Below are positions 49,470 through 62,879 of a DNA stretch of 64,000 nucleotides, one piece after another (positions within the stretch are counted from its first letter, which is position 1; each line of letters begins with the position of its first letter). The DNA is from Felis catus. Lineage: Eukaryota. The stretch spans positions 136,524,001-136,588,000 of the forward strand of contig NC_058375.1 in the NCBI RefSeq assembly GCF_018350175.1, read 5' to 3'. Both the position numbers and the translations under genes were made by a program. The notes below the pieces were generated by a model that was not told the DNA's origin, made no database searches, and was given only the letters and a program-made list of their open reading frames with translations.

Positions 49470-51130
49470 TATTAAATGAGAATATTTGCTGAGTTCTATG
49501 ATATGCGGAGCACCATTGTAGCTGCTAGGATGTAGCGATGAACAAAATATACACAGTTACTGCCATCACGAAATTTACATCTAGATTGGCTAGACAGACA
49601 AGAAGTAAGAGCAATCATAAATATATGTTTGGCTTGTTGGTTGGGTTTTAATAAATGTAATAGGGAAAAATAAACCAAAATAAGTATGAAGAATGTCAAG
49701 TTCAGGGTGGTATGGTCATAGGTAATTTCATAAGGGTTATCAGAGAAGGGTTATCACTGAGAAGGTGACATTTGAACAAAGAACTGCAGAAAGTGAAGAA
49801 GGGAACCATCTAGATATTTACATATTTCAGGAGAAGGAACAGAAAGTAAAAGGGTTTTGAAGTGACTCCCAAGGGCCAGGACACAAGAAAGAGGCCAGTG
49901 TCCCTGCAGCAAGATGAGAGTCATCATAGCAGGCAAAGTTAGAAATATAACAGGATAAAAACACATAGGACATTATAAGGGCTTTGTATTTTCCTATGAG
50001 TGAGAAGAAAGTTATTGAAGAGTTTAAAAACAATGAGTAACATTTGTCCTTTTTGTTAGGATTACTCTGCCATGTTGAGCTGAGGCTGTGGTTGGCAAAG
50101 TTTGCATCAGGATGACCAACTAGAAAACATTTGCAGGGCACCTGTGTGGCTCAGTCAGTTAAACGACCAACTCTTGGGCTTGGCTTTGATCCTGAGATCA
50201 AGCCCCATAAGAGTTCCACACTGACAGGAAGCCTGCATGGGATTATGTCTCCATCTCTCTCTGTCCCTCCCCAGCACAAGCACGGGAGAGTATGCGTGTG
50301 CTCTCTCTCTCTCTCTCTCAAAATAAATAAATAAACTTAAAAAAAAAAAGAAGGAAACTTTTGCAAATATGCAAGCAAATGATATTGATGGGTTAGACCA
50401 GGTGGTAATAGCAGACACAATGAGAAATGGTTGAATATTTAAAGTTTAAGCCGATAGGATTTGCTGATGGGTGAAGGTTAGCATGAGAGAAAGAAAGGAT
50501 TAAAGAAGAGTATATACATTTAGGCCTACCCAACTGGAAAAACTGAATTGCTTTTTCCCAAGATGAGAACCCCTATGGAAAAAGTAGGTTTGGGAGAGGC
50601 AAACAGGGATCAGGACTCTGATTTTACATGTTAGATTTGAGATGTCTCATCAGCATCCAAGGAGACATGTTAGGTAGAGAGTTGGGTATATAAAATCAGA
50701 GTTGAGAAAAATATAATTTGTGAAACTGTTAGTGTGTAGAAACTATTTAAAGCCATCATATTAGATAAAATCACCTGGAAAAAAAGTGAGTAGAGGTGGG
50801 GGGAACAAAGAGATCTTAGGCTTGAGTCTTGTATGCTGAGAACGTGTAAACAGCGAGGCAGGATGACTTCAAGGGAAGTAGTGTCCTGGAACCTACATGC
50901 AGAGGGCGTTTTAATATGGCAGTGGTGATCAAACATGTGTCAAAATATTCCTGACACTTCAAATGACATGAAGACAGATAATTGATCATTGGGTTAAGTA
51001 ATAAGGAAGGTCAGAATGACCTAGAAAGAGTTTGTTTACATTTTTTAGAAAAAAAAATTAAAAATGGGATTTGGGAGAGTTACTAGACAAAAAATGGAGA
51101 TGGGGAACAGAGTAAAATGAACTTCACCTG
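49470..51130 (-). mobile_element. Long fragmented L2
   Basis: ATATTTGCTGAGTTCTATGATATGC..., GAGAAGGTGACATTTGAACAAAG, TTACATGTTAGATTTGAGATGTCTC. Confidence 0.85.
50136..50345 (+). mobile_element. Can-SINE inside L2
   Basis: TSD AAAC(A/T)TTTGCA. Confidence 0.9.
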
Positions 51131-51859
51131 TGTTTTTTGGCCTACCCAGTTATTGGTTTTAACTAAATGGATATATTTTAAAGTATATTTATATTCTCCT
51201 TTTCATTTTAATTACAAACAGTGATATTAAACAAAAAAGAAAAAAAATGTTGCATAAAATGGCTTAGATCCCAGAAATTAATATTACTACACAAAATTCT
51301 TGAGGACTTTTATGTATTTTTATTTTTTTGGCAGGTGACAATGTCAGTGACATTTCATTAAGTGATAAAAATGGATCCCTTCAATAAAAAGTTTAAAATT
51401 AATATTTTTAATTGTGGTTGCACATGCAATTTTTTTGCTCAAAGGCTTTACTCTGCAAGGTTAAGACAAGGCAAATCTAAAACAAGGAAAATACCTTTTA
51501 TCTTACTAAAATTCTATAAAAAGGAAAATGAAAAGCCAGAAACTATTACTTCAAAACTATAAATCCTTCGTAGAAAGCAGTTATGCTTTAGGGAATATTA
51601 AATTAGGAAGTATATAATTCTAAAAACTAGAGAAATTTTGACTCTCATTTTTCTAATAATTATTGAGCACCTAGTATGTGATAAGTATAATCAGGGCACT
51701 GAAGAAAGAGTCTCTGTAGCAAACCCTGCTAGAGACCTACATCATCAGCCTTTCTTCTTTGCTACAAAAGTCTTTACTTTCTTAAGAGAAAAGTATGTCC
51801 AGTCCAAAATACACACTGTCCCAAATTCTCTTGGGACAAAAAAGGGGTAGATATGTGAT

Positions 51860-52180
51860 GCGATCGTGGCAATGAGATGTAAATGGATATCTTGTAAGTT
51901 TCTAGGAAAATTTGTTGCAAAATCCAAGACCTTCTTCCTTTTCTTCCCTTCCATCTTCTTACCAAGTCTTCTGTAGATATGATAAGTGGAGGTGAAAAAA
52001 CCATCTTGTCACCACTAGGCCATTAGGATAATGATGGAGGCCTGAAGGCTGGTTGAATAGGTCCACTCCCTGCTGGTGTCATTGAGCTACAGTACTCACT
52101 CTGGACTACCTATCCCTGGAATTCTGGTTTCAGCAGAAAAATAATCTCTTTACCTTCATCAGCTATCATTTCTTAATGTA
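51860..52180 (+). mobile_element. LTR16-like ERVL LTR fragment
   Basis: CATCTTGTCACCACTAGG...GGACTACCTATCCCTGGA..TTCAGCAGAAAAATAATCTC. Confidence 0.45.
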
Positions 52181-52199
52181 TGGGTTAAGCACACCCTTT

Positions 52200-52720
52200 T
52201 GTCAACGTTGTCATTGTGCAGTAGAGGAAAAATGCACGCGAATGCATAATTATACTTCAAGGTTATAAGATCAACAAAAGAAATCAGCACAGACATGGGA
52301 CAGCATAGGAGGAGTGAACAACACTGCCTGGTGGGCACAAGAAACGTTTAATTTAGATATAATTTAAGCCAAGTCTTACAGCATGGGTAGTCATTAAACT
52401 AAAGAAGGCAGGAAAGAACATTCTAGGTAGGCAAAACAGCATAACACAAAAGGATAAAGATGTAAACAGCATGGCCTATTACACAAATTATTCTGGTGTG
52501 GCTGGGATTGGAGTGGAAGTAGATTATTATTAAGAATTCAGACAGAATGTCAGGCAGAAGCAAGATGAAAGGTCTTTGGCCTATGTTATGAAGGTTTGGT
52601 TTAACTTTGGAGTCAGTGGGAAATCACTAGAGGATTTTAAGCATGGACTGACATGATCAATTTGTGTTTTCGATAGAGCTGGCAGCAATGTGGAGTATGA
52701 AACATAAGTACCATCTCCCT
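52200..52720 (-). mobile_element. L2 fragment
   Basis: GGCAGGAAAGAACATTCTAGGTAGGCAAAACAGCA; GGGAAATCACTAGAGGATTTTAAGCA. Confidence 0.75.
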
Positions 52721-53411
52721 TTCCTCCACATCAACCAAAAAGATATTGAATAAAATCCAAACATGCGGAAACTAAGGGATAAATACTGTCGTCAAGTATA
52801 TGAAACATTTATGAGAAGGATGCTCAGCAGTTGTTCTGGGTGTCTGTGGCAGACCAAACACAAAGGAATGCACTCGAATAAAAGCAGTAGAGTTGAGTTG
52901 AACCTTTAGCAAAAACATCTCAATTGAGGACTGCTCCGGAAAGAGATACCACCAGAATGGGCTGCAATGGGCAATTGGAAATTGTATTTCTTTAAATAGC
53001 TGGAAGAAATGAAAAGAGCTATCAGTTCTGGAAGAATTTTAGATATTCACTTCCCTGACAGCAAGGGGTATGCTAAACTAGGAAAGTACTTCAGCTTCGT
53101 TGTGTTATGTTCCCCGAAGTCTAGAGGTGAAATATCCCATCTACCCTACCGCACAAAACCAACTCAACTCCGTAAATACAGACAAATAAAACACTACTCA
53201 CTTGCATTCATGACTACTAATACCTCAGTATTATCTCAGAGGAAACAGGCTTAGAGAGACTATTTTCTCACCATCTCACTTCTAATTAGCAACTGTAGAA
53301 ACACCTTTGCTAGTAGAGTTATATGATTTATTTTCCAAGAAGAGACCTACTTGTGAGCTAAATGAGGTAAGAAAGCTATAAAGTACATAGGTTTTAAAGT
53401 ATTAATTGATT

Positions 53412-53615
53412 GGGGCACCTGGATACCTCAGTTGGTTGAGCATCTGACTCTTGATTTCAACTCAGGTCATGATCACATGCTTTGTGAGTTCGAGCCCCAT
53501 GTGGGGCTCTGCCTGACAGTGAGGAGCCTGCTTGGGATTCTCCCTCTCTCTCCCTCTACCCCTCCCCTGCTCGTGCTCACTTTCTCTCTCAAAATAAATA
53601 AATAAACATAAAAAA
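53412..53615 (+). mobile_element. Can-SINE
   Basis: GGGGCACCTGGATACCTCAGTTGGTTGAGC...GAGTTCGAGCCCC; A-tail. Confidence 0.92.
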
Positions 53616-53789
53616 TATTTATTGATTCACTAATAAATTGGTTCTAATATTTGGTAGACTTATGAAAGAGTTCTATGTATAACTGTTTAGGAAATGACAT
53701 TTTCAAATATTAAACAAGATAGGATGTAAGAGGTATAAAATGGTACAATAGTGGGCAACACAGACTATCTAGTCACCTTAATGCAAGAC

Positions 53790-54260
53790 CTTTGACAAAT
53801 GAGCTCAATCTTCCTCTCCAGCTTTACTTTCCATTGTTCTGGATTCTTACACATCAGTTAATCTGGATTCCTCATGCTGTCCATGGGGACTTCTTACCTC
53901 TTCACTTTTATTAATGTCATACTCCCTGCTTGAATTTTTTTTAATCCAACAAAATCTCTCTAGTTCCTTAACGTACAATGTAAATGCGACCTTATTGACA
54001 TCTCTTTTCCCAAAATCCCTACAAGCAACGATCCCTTCTGAAATTCTCTCATGCTTAGTTTAAGCAGCTAGCATGACTCATCACATTGGCTTTGTTGCAG
54101 CTATTTACGCAATTAAGTTCTAAATTTAATCAAGGAATGCTGGAGAATAAGAACTTTTTATGGGTTTAGTGTATCAAGACATTCTTGTTATCCATATGGT
54201 ATCTTGTATTCTAGGTGCTAAATATTTGATTTTTGAATGTTAGTATATGAATAAATGAAT
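53790..54260 (+). mobile_element. L2 3' end
   Basis: Ends GGTGCTAAATATTTG...ATGAATAAATGAATGAATGAA. Confidence 0.75.
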
Positions 54261-54684
54261 GAATGAACTCAGTTCAAATGAATATTAGAACTGAATTATG
54301 CCTTATTGAACTGAATGATGGCTTGTTATTGATATCCACAGTTGCAATCTTTAGGTGTTAGGATGAGGTTAAGGAAAAGAATGGGACAATTTTAGAAACA
54401 AAGTTTTAAAAAGGAGGTAAACTGAATAACAGACATATAGATGGATCATTGTCATATTTGTATAGTACCAAGTATTCATGAATAAATAAAAAATGCAGTC
54501 TACTCTCTGCATGTTGACTTGAAGTGTTTATTATACAAGATCCATTTGGTCACAGTTTTTGTTTGCTTGACTTTAAACTATTGCTGTTAACTACACTAAG
54601 TCTACATTTTAAAACCCATAGCATCCAAAAGACATGCTGTAAGGAGGTATCACCTGTTGGTTTTGCACTTACACGTTGTTTTTT

Positions 54685-54899
54685 ATTATTTTATTTTTTT
54701 AATGTTTATTTTTGAGACAGAGAGAGACAGAGCATGAACGGGGAGAGGGTCAGAAAGAGAGGGAGACACAGAATCCGAAGCAGGCTTCAGGCTCCAAGCT
54801 GTCAGCACAGAGCCTGATGCTGGGCTCGAACTCACAGACAGTGAGATCATGACCTGAGCCGAAGTCCGACGCTCAACTGACTGAGCCACACAGGCGCTC
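54685..54899 (-). mobile_element. Can-SINE
   Basis: TSD CACTTACA(C/T)GTT. Confidence 0.94.
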
Positions 54900-55129
54900 C
54901 ACTTACATGTTCTTTCAATACGCATGTTAAGTTGCTCTCATTTCCTGCATGGAGCTTTCAGACCAGCAATTATCACAGAAGTAAAAGAGCTGTTGTGTAT
55001 AGAATAAGAATTTGTGTAGAAAAGTGGGAGTATATCATCACATCTTTGGCCTGGATAAGGAAGACAAGTAAAATTTTCCTCCAGCACTTATGTGTATTTA
55101 AGACATGAAGAAATAGCAAGAATCAGTTA

Positions 55130-55990
55130 GCAGAGATTGGAAGGCTGTTGGGAGCACCAGCATGCTGATGAGCATTTGGAGTTTGAGAAGCTGACAAAAG
55201 TGAAATGAGGTGCAGAGGTGGAGAGGGGCCTAATCAAGGTCTTCAGGACCATATTATGTCTTTGGGACTCTAGAAACAAAGGGATCATATATAGAATAGT
55301 GTTTCCAAAATATCACACCCTCTCAAGAGTGAAGTTACGAGTATCTCCCAGTCTAATATTTTACCTTGCACATAAAAACCATTTTTTCACATGTAAGAAT
55401 GAAGAAATAAAATTACAAAGTTGCAGAACATAGAAAAATGGAGATCCATATATGCTTTTTTTTCTTTTCTCTCTATGATAAGCTGAGTGTCTTTCAGTAG
55501 TGTAAAAGACACATTTGCCTTTTGCAGAGTTTCTTAAATCCTGAAACGTGTATCAGGAAATCAATAATCAGAAATTTTTTCTTGACTTGTGCTGAACCAA
55601 TTATGTTTTCCTGATAAACTCTCTAAACTCAATAAGTTGTTTCCATTCATTCGCTCCTATTCACTGTATTCATGCATGTGGACCTCAACAGGGTGATATC
55701 AAACATTCATCCATCTTAGTTTTCTGACGGAAGCTTCCAGATTGAGTATTGGAGGCTCACTTAACTGTGTAGGTTAAGTCCTGTGTTATGTGCTAGGGAT
55801 ATCAGAGGAAAAGTAACAATTTCTCTCCTTTCATGGAGCTTATAAAGATGAAGGAGACAGATATTAAACAAGTTAATAACAAAGAAGATGCTTTCTAAGA
55901 GTGAAAGATGTTAAGAAGAGATTAAAATATGATAAAAATGGGGGATTATTGCTTTGGGGATGGCTTCCTTAATTATAATGGTCAGAGTCA
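55130..55990 (-). mobile_element. Dispersed L2 fragments
   Basis: GTGCTAGGGATATCAG..CTCCTTTCATGGAGCTTA; CTAATCAAGGTCTTCAGGACCAT. Confidence 0.5.
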
Positions 55991-56439
55991 AATAAGAAGT
56001 GCAGTGTGGAAATACCTTCTTCAAATGCCTCTGTTGAAAGAAAATAGTCATAGACATTCATTTCAACAGTTCAATGGGGGATTTTTAATTCTTTTTATTT
56101 GGTTTCAGTTTTCATGCTAGCCAAGCAGAATATGTAAGAAGTATTAAATCTTCTAACATATAACCCCAAAATATTAAAACTCCCTACTTGAAATGTAATA
56201 TGTTTTCCAGATGAGGAACACATATTTTTGAAATGTTAAATTTAAGTTAGGTTATCAAGTTAGCTCATCAGCCCCTGACAGTGCAACTTTCAGGGTCACT
56301 TGGTCCTCATTATCCTGCAATCTTTCTGAAGAGATATACCACTGCCGAATGAACCTCACAGTCAGAATGGATTAACCAGATCAGAGCAAGGAAGATTCAT
56401 TGTGAATACTAACCGAAAATGAAACTCCTCTCAGAAACG

Positions 56440-56580
56440 GAAAAAGGGAGAGGAGAAGGAGAAAAGGAGAGAAAAGAGACAGAGGAAAAGCAGGAGGCAA
56501 GGAGAGGGGAAATGAGGAAAACAGAGAGAGACAGAGAGAGAGAGAGCGAGCGCGAGCAAATGAGAGAGCAGCCTAGAAGG
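56440..56580 (+). repeat. GA-rich purine tract ending in GAGCGAGCGCGAGC
   Basis: Direct reading; not SINE-associated. Confidence 0.8.
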
Positions 56581-57109
56581 TAGACAGACACCTGCTGTGC
56601 CGGGCTACTGCCCTTGGTGGGCTGGCAGGTGCTTCCTCTCCACATGATTGCCCAAAGGTTTCAGGACCTTACTCTCTACTTCGATCACTGCACTCCATGC
56701 AAAGCGGGAAAAAAAAATTCTTTCATGTTTATTTAGAACTCAGGCTGGGGACTTTTACCACCAAGCCATATTCAAGAGCAGATTAAAGTCACAATGTTCT
56801 TCCTGGAATGTATGTTCAATCCACACTTTTGAGTTAGTGCCTAAACTGAAGGCGGGGTTAGAATTAGTTACTATATTTACCTCTACATCCACTGCATTTC
56901 TAAGACAACATCAACTGAAGCAGGAAGGTGGGTTAAGATTTTACCTGAAGTCTCATTTTGATTTCTCTTCTTTCCCCTCTCCCCCTCCAAAAAATTAATA
57001 ATTAATCAGTTAAAAAGACCTGTTTTAAAATGTATAATGTAGTTTGACAAAGAATAAATCATCTCCCCTCTCTTTAGGAACATTATGTATTTCCTCTTTA
57101 CCAAATTAT

Positions 57110-57290
57110 TCTTTCGCTATTTGACCTTAAGCAAATTAATTAATCTTGCTAGATCTCAATTTATTCAGCTCTGAAATAAGGATAATAGAAGTACCTACCT
57201 CATAGGATTGTTAAGAATATTAAATGAGATTATTTGTATAAAAAGCTTATACCCTAAAAATATTCAATGGATATTTGTCCCTAGACAAGT
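57110..57290 (+). mobile_element. MIR fragment
   Basis: TGACCTTAAGCAAATT...GGATAATAGAAGTACCTACCTCATAGGATTGTTAAGAATATTAAATGAGA. Confidence 0.85.
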
Positions 57291-57299
57291 CTGGATTGA

Positions 57300-57840
57300 G
57301 CATGTCATGGGAGTGCAGGGAGTGCCTAGGGTGGCGTCAAACAGCTTGCTGGGCTGGGTGGCTGGGTCTTAAGTAGAAAATTAAAATGTGTATTTTTTGT
57401 CTGCAAAGTTTGGGGAATATGCCATATCATATAAGGGAGACTAAGAAAGAATCAGGGAAGCCAGAAACATTTAAAACAAAAATAGAGGAAGCAATATCCA
57501 TAATGGAGACAGAGACGGAGCTCAAAGAAAATAGAAAAGTCAAGAGAAAAGGGTATTGCACGCAAGGTGGATTAATAATACCCAATGCCATTATGTAAGA
57601 ACTCAAAGATGACTCTGATTAATCAGCAAGGAGTTGTTGGTAACACTGAAAGAAACTATTGCAGTTGGAGTGGGGAGCTGATAGTGTGCACCACTTAGGT
57701 TTTATAAGTGAATAGGACAGAATGCACTGAATATAGACAACACTTCAGACATTTGGCTATTAAGGAAATGAGAAAGATAGGAAATGTTTGGAGGGAAATA
57801 TGAAACAAATCATGACAGTTGCAATGGAATGTGTTTTCTA
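57300..57840 (-). mobile_element. L2 fragment
   Basis: GGAGTTGTTGGTAACACTGAAAG..GCAGTTGGAG; GACAACACTTCAGACATTTGGCT. Confidence 0.6.
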
Positions 57841-57844
57841 AATG

Positions 57845-58335
57845 TGTAGTAGATAGCATAGTTGTTTTCCAAAGAGGTCCACACCTTAATCCCTGGAACC
57901 TGTAAATATGTCATCTGAACATGACAAAAGCAAGCTAGCAGACATGATGAAGGTTATAAATCTTGAAATTGGAGATTATCCTGGATTATCCAGATGGGCC
58001 CGATCTAATTATATGACTCCTTAAAAGCAGACAACTTTCCTGGCTGTGGTCAGTGAGAAAAGAGTCAGAGAGATGCAAAGTTTCTCACTTGTGAAAAAGG
58101 AGAAAGGGGTCACAAGCTAAGGAATATGTGACCTCTAGAAACTGGAAAAGTCAAAGTAATAGATTCATACCTAGAGACTTCAGAAAGGAACACAGACCTG
58201 CTGTCATCTTGAATTCAGACTAATGAAACCCATGTTGGATTTCTGACCTATAGGGTGGTAAGATAATACATTTATGCTGTTTAAAGGAACAAAGTTGGTG
58301 GCAATTAGTTGTGGCCATCATAGAAAATCAGTACA
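57845..58335 (+). mobile_element. MLT1D-like MaLR solo LTR
   Basis: AATCCCTGGAACCTGTAAATATGT; GGAGATTATCCTGGATTATCCAGATGGGCCC; ends AGAAAATCAGTACA. Confidence 0.9.
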
Positions 58336-59289
58336 AACTCATCTTGGCTGATAGCCTCCTCTGTGTTTAGGTGGTTCCATGTGACTATACAGTCACTATA
58401 CAGTGGGTTGTATATGAAAATGACATCAGTATCTGAGGCCTATCTCCTAAATACTCCCATGAGATTCTTTACAATCATTTTCTTCTCTGCTGTCCAGTTG
58501 CAAAGGATAGAATGGGGTTCTTCCTGGCCCTACTAAGTAAAATAAACACAGAATGGAAAGTCCCCATGTGGAACTTCATTGCACTGAACCCTGTCATGAT
58601 AAGAAAGCAAACTTTATTGTGTAAAGCACCCATATAGTGAGATTTGGGGGGGGATTTCTGTAATAACTATCATCACTTCTTCTGAACAACAGGTTTGTTA
58701 TTAGTTTTCTTTTTTAAATGATTGTTGAGATTGAATGTATGTCGATGCTCATGAGAAGAAGCAAGTGGCAAGGTGACATAGGGAGGAGAAAGTGGTGAAA
58801 GAGAGAGAAGGCAATAAAGCAGTAGAGCTAGGATGTAAATTATAAGTAATGGGACTAAACTTGGTGGGGGAGGGAAGGAAGCAAAGAAAAGTAGAATGTG
58901 AATGAGGGTAAGTTTTAAAGCTCTGATGATATGATATTTAGAAATCACCCATTCCATCTGATAGTTTCTATTTTCTCTAGAAACAAGATGGTAAAGTCAG
59001 TTGTTGAAGAGATAGGGAACCCTTTGGCCAGAGATCTTATGAAAGTGAGAAAGAATGAAAATAGTCACTGAAGAGTTTGAGAAAGAGTTTTGACTAGAGT
59101 TCCATATAGTATCAAATACCCAGGTGGGATTGGAGATTAAGATTTTATAAAAATACTAACATGCCCAACTGTGAGTTTATTTCAGTGATAAGCAACACAT
59201 ACCTAAGTTATGAGTAATCGATCAATTTGGTTGAAATAGTGTTGACGTTTTTCTACACAGGTTTACTAGATTATAAAGTGACAAAATAT

Positions 59290-59738
59290 ATTTGGCATAA
59301 GAATTATTGAGCTGATGATCCCAGCTCATTTTTCATCCCAGGTCATTTACCCATCCCAGGTCCTTTTTCTGCCTTCTCTGCAATGCTCTCAGCCCCCAGA
59401 GCCTGACCTCTATGGACTGCCTTATCCAGGCTCAAAGCAGGCTTGACTTAAGTTTATCAGAAAGAAGCACTATGGAAGATGGGAGGAAAGAGAGGACAGA
59501 GTGTTTCCCTCCTCACTCCTTCCTTGCACTGCCTTGATTCTGTCAGTGGCTGCATTCCACTTGTATCTTCTATCAGAGGGTCCTTCAGCCGTAGCCCTGA
59601 GTTCTCTGGTCTCTGGAAACAGTGTTTTATTCCCATTTCCCTTTATTTTATTTTATATTTTTGAAGTTTATTTATTGAGAGAGAGAAAAGGAGAGTGAGC
59701 AGGGGAGGAGCAGAGAGAGAGGGAGAGAGAGAGAGGGA

Positions 59739-59777
<39 letters not shown>

Positions 59778-60090
59778 AAAAGCAGGCTCCTTGCTGTTAG
59801 CACAGAGCCCGATACGGGACCCAATCTCATGAACTGTGAGATCATAACCTGAGCCAAAGCAAGAGTCCAAAGCTTACCTGAGTGAGCCACCCGGGCGTCC
59901 TCTCATCTCCCCCTTTAAATCTAAGAGTGATAATGGCTTCTCACTATTGTTATTTCCTGGATGCTTTACTTACACCATTGGTTTCCTAAACCCTACTCAA
60001 TGCCTCTGAAAATAGTCCCATTATTTTATACACTCTTCAATTAAACCCTTGTGTGTTTCATCAAGTTCTGCAAGGAACACGACTAACAGT
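59290..60090 (+). mobile_element. LTR33-like ERVL LTR interrupted by a SINE
   Basis: GCCTGACCTCTATGGACTGC; TAATGGCTTCTCACTATTG; AATAGTCCC..CTCTTCAATTAAACCCTT..GACTAACA. Confidence 0.8.
59641..59900 (-). mobile_element. Can-SINE with expanded AG tract
   Basis: AAGCAGGCTCC...GAGCCACCCGGGCGTCC. Confidence 0.92.
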
Positions 60091-60159
60091 GCTTTGGAAG
60101 CCATTGTAAGGCACTTGGTTTTACCCAGGGGAAAATTGAGATAGAAAGTTTTTGGAATA

Positions 60160-60260
60160 TTTTGAGCTCTGCAACTAATTAGATGTGTGACTTTGAACAA
60201 GTCACATGGCCTCTCCCCACTTCAATGTATTCAACTGTAAAATAAGATAATTGCTCTATT
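60160..60260 (+). mobile_element. MIR fragment
   Basis: TGTGTGACTTTGAACAAGTCAC..CTGTAAAATAAGATAA. Confidence 0.7.
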
Positions 60261-61341
60261 GAATCACTTCAAAGGTCCTTTATATTTTGAAAAGTATTTA
60301 ATGTATTAGTTGTCTTTACACTGGTTAATCTGATTCTTTATTAACTGGGTGAGTTAAGGATGTGGGTCCAGGGAACTACCTTTGCTCACATCACAAAAAA
60401 ATCCTACATCTTAAGCAATTATTAAAAATTCATCCCCTGGAGATTATTTTCAATACCATTTTAAGTAGATTTCCATAGATACATACATCTCACTATATGT
60501 AAATTCCATGTGTTTCAGTGTAAATTTTAGTTTTTATATTTTAGGAATTCTGGATACTTGCTATAATTTTCTAAAGAAATGATTGAAGTTATGAAGATGG
60601 AAATACCAAGATTATTCCCTAAGTACAGATTTGATTTGGGCAAACAATAAGTAACCACCAACTTTAAAAGGATCATATTTACTTATATACTTTTAATACA
60701 TATTTAAAGTAATTAATACAAGGTAAAAAGACCAAAAGAGATTCTGAATATACTTTTGCAAAACTTTTCTGTGTATTGAACATGCGTAATGTATTTCCTA
60801 TCCACCAGATAGTCATTTCCAGCAATTGGAAATAGTTGTTCCATTTTAAATGTCCTTTTTCCATCATTTTGATTGATCAAATTTAGCTAAGGATTCTCTC
60901 GTTTATTGCTCAGTTAATTTTGCTCTTGATTTGGATTGTGAAATTATGAATTCACAAAATTAAGTTACTTTTAAAAGAAAATGTATTATTCCTCTGAACA
61001 TTCACTTAACATTCTCATAACTTACTTGATTTATTATTTGCAACAAATTATTTTTGATTTATTAGTCTTTAATATTTCTATGATTGACCTAGAATGTGCA
61101 TGTTTTTAAAAACCCCATACTCAGTCCATTGCCGTTCCCTATTTCTCAACATTTTAATGAATGCTTATTTCAACATCCGTAGTGGTATTTAAAGAGGGGG
61201 AAAAATCACAACAGATCACATTCTACATAGAAAATGTTAACAAAAGAGGAAAGGAATAGTAGCAGCTACTTTTTGTTTCTATAATGATAAGCAGGTTTTA
61301 TGGACTGATTTTAGAAATTTATAACGTGAATCATGTCATTT

Positions 61342-61399
61342 TTATTTTTTCTAAGTTTATTTATTTTGAGAGAGACAGAGACAGCGTGAGTAAGGGAAG

Positions 61400-61447
<48 letters not shown>

Positions 61448-61586
61448 CAGAGAATTCCAAGCAGGCTCCACACTGTCAGCACAGAGCCCAATGCTGGGCT
61501 GGAATTCATGAAACCATGAGATCATGACCTGAACCGAAACCAAGAATCTGAAGGCTGCTTCACTGACTGAACCACCCAGGTGCCCC
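61342..61586 (-). mobile_element. Can-SINE with long (AG)n
   Basis: TSD TGAATCATGTCATTTTT on both sides. Confidence 0.94.
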
Positions 61587-62176
61587 TATGAATCATGTCA
61601 TTTTTTGAATCAAGTGTGTCTCCTATTGCCTCATTGTTGAATCCCGAACTATTTCTTTGGCCTAGAATTTAAGGTTCCACAACCATAAGGTTTATGGGAG
61701 TTGACTCTATTGATACTCTACATCTTATATATAAATGAAGATCTTTCCACACTGATAGGGGCAGTGTAGAACAATAACAGACTGTGGGCAGATCTATGCT
61801 AACATATTTATTGTATCACTACCTAACTCACTGTTTGTTTACTTGTCCTATGTCCCACAAGATCACATTCACTTTGGAGATAGGGATAATTTTATAATCA
61901 CTGCTGCTTACTTTAAAAATCCTGTCACCTAATATTATTGAAATCAATATCAAGTGTACCCCTTCCTTCAAAGGATAAAAACCTAAGTGCCAAAAAAATT
62001 CAATAATCTTTCAAAGTCTTGCAACTAGTTAGTAGCGGAGTAGAGCATAGAATTCAGGTCTGAACTTTCAGAACAATGTATCTCTTGCTTCTCCCACTTT
62101 CTTTGAACTTCTCGAAGAACTTCCTATATACCACCAATTGCCTTGAACTAACTTTAACAGTGAATATATTTTCTCT

Positions 62177-62202
62177 TCCTCTCTCTCTCTCTTTTTCTTT
62201 CT

Positions 62203-62252
<50 letters not shown>
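62177..62252. repeat. Compound (TC)n/(TTTC)n microsatellite
   Basis: Direct reading. Confidence 0.95.
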
Positions 62253-62253
<1 letters not shown>

Positions 62254-62879
62254 GTAGCTGTCTTGGAAATCTCAAGAACGTTTTTCTGGTTGCATTGTCA
62301 GGAAAATGCATTCATGTTATGCTTTTTTATGTTCTTGTTCATTCCTTGTCTGAAGGATGAAATATTGGACTTGTAATGCTGCACATATGTTATGTAAATT
62401 ATAGTTGCATATTGTATTGCTTTGACCTTTACAACACTCTATAATTTGATTGGCTGACTAGTCAACTTCATAGTGTTTACAGTCTTGCCCTTACTTGGAT
62501 GGACATGATGAGATATTCCAACCCAGCCAATCAAAATGTAGAGTATCAAAAAGGTCAAAGTAGTATAATGTTTTCTTAAACTACAGTCTTCTCTTTACTG
62601 GTCAAATAATGAATTCCCATAAAAATAGAGAAATTCTGTGAAGTTAATATGTCTGAGAATAAAACATGTTATGAATATTTTCATATGATTAAGTTGATAT
62701 CAACTTTTTTATTTTTGAATTTGATTCTCTTATGAGAACTGCTTAGTTTTTATTAAAGCTGTGTCATCACAGACTGTTTTACTTTTCTTTGAATCGCTAG
62801 CACTGCTTGTAATATCATATTATAGTATAGCACCTAATTTATATATTTACTGAGTAGATGAATACAATTTCAAGCTGTA

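Noticed and set aside
1192-61543. ORFs such as MAQSV..., MISRF... and SLSLSL/ERERER peptides
   Set aside because: Translations of Can-SINE bodies and microsatellites.
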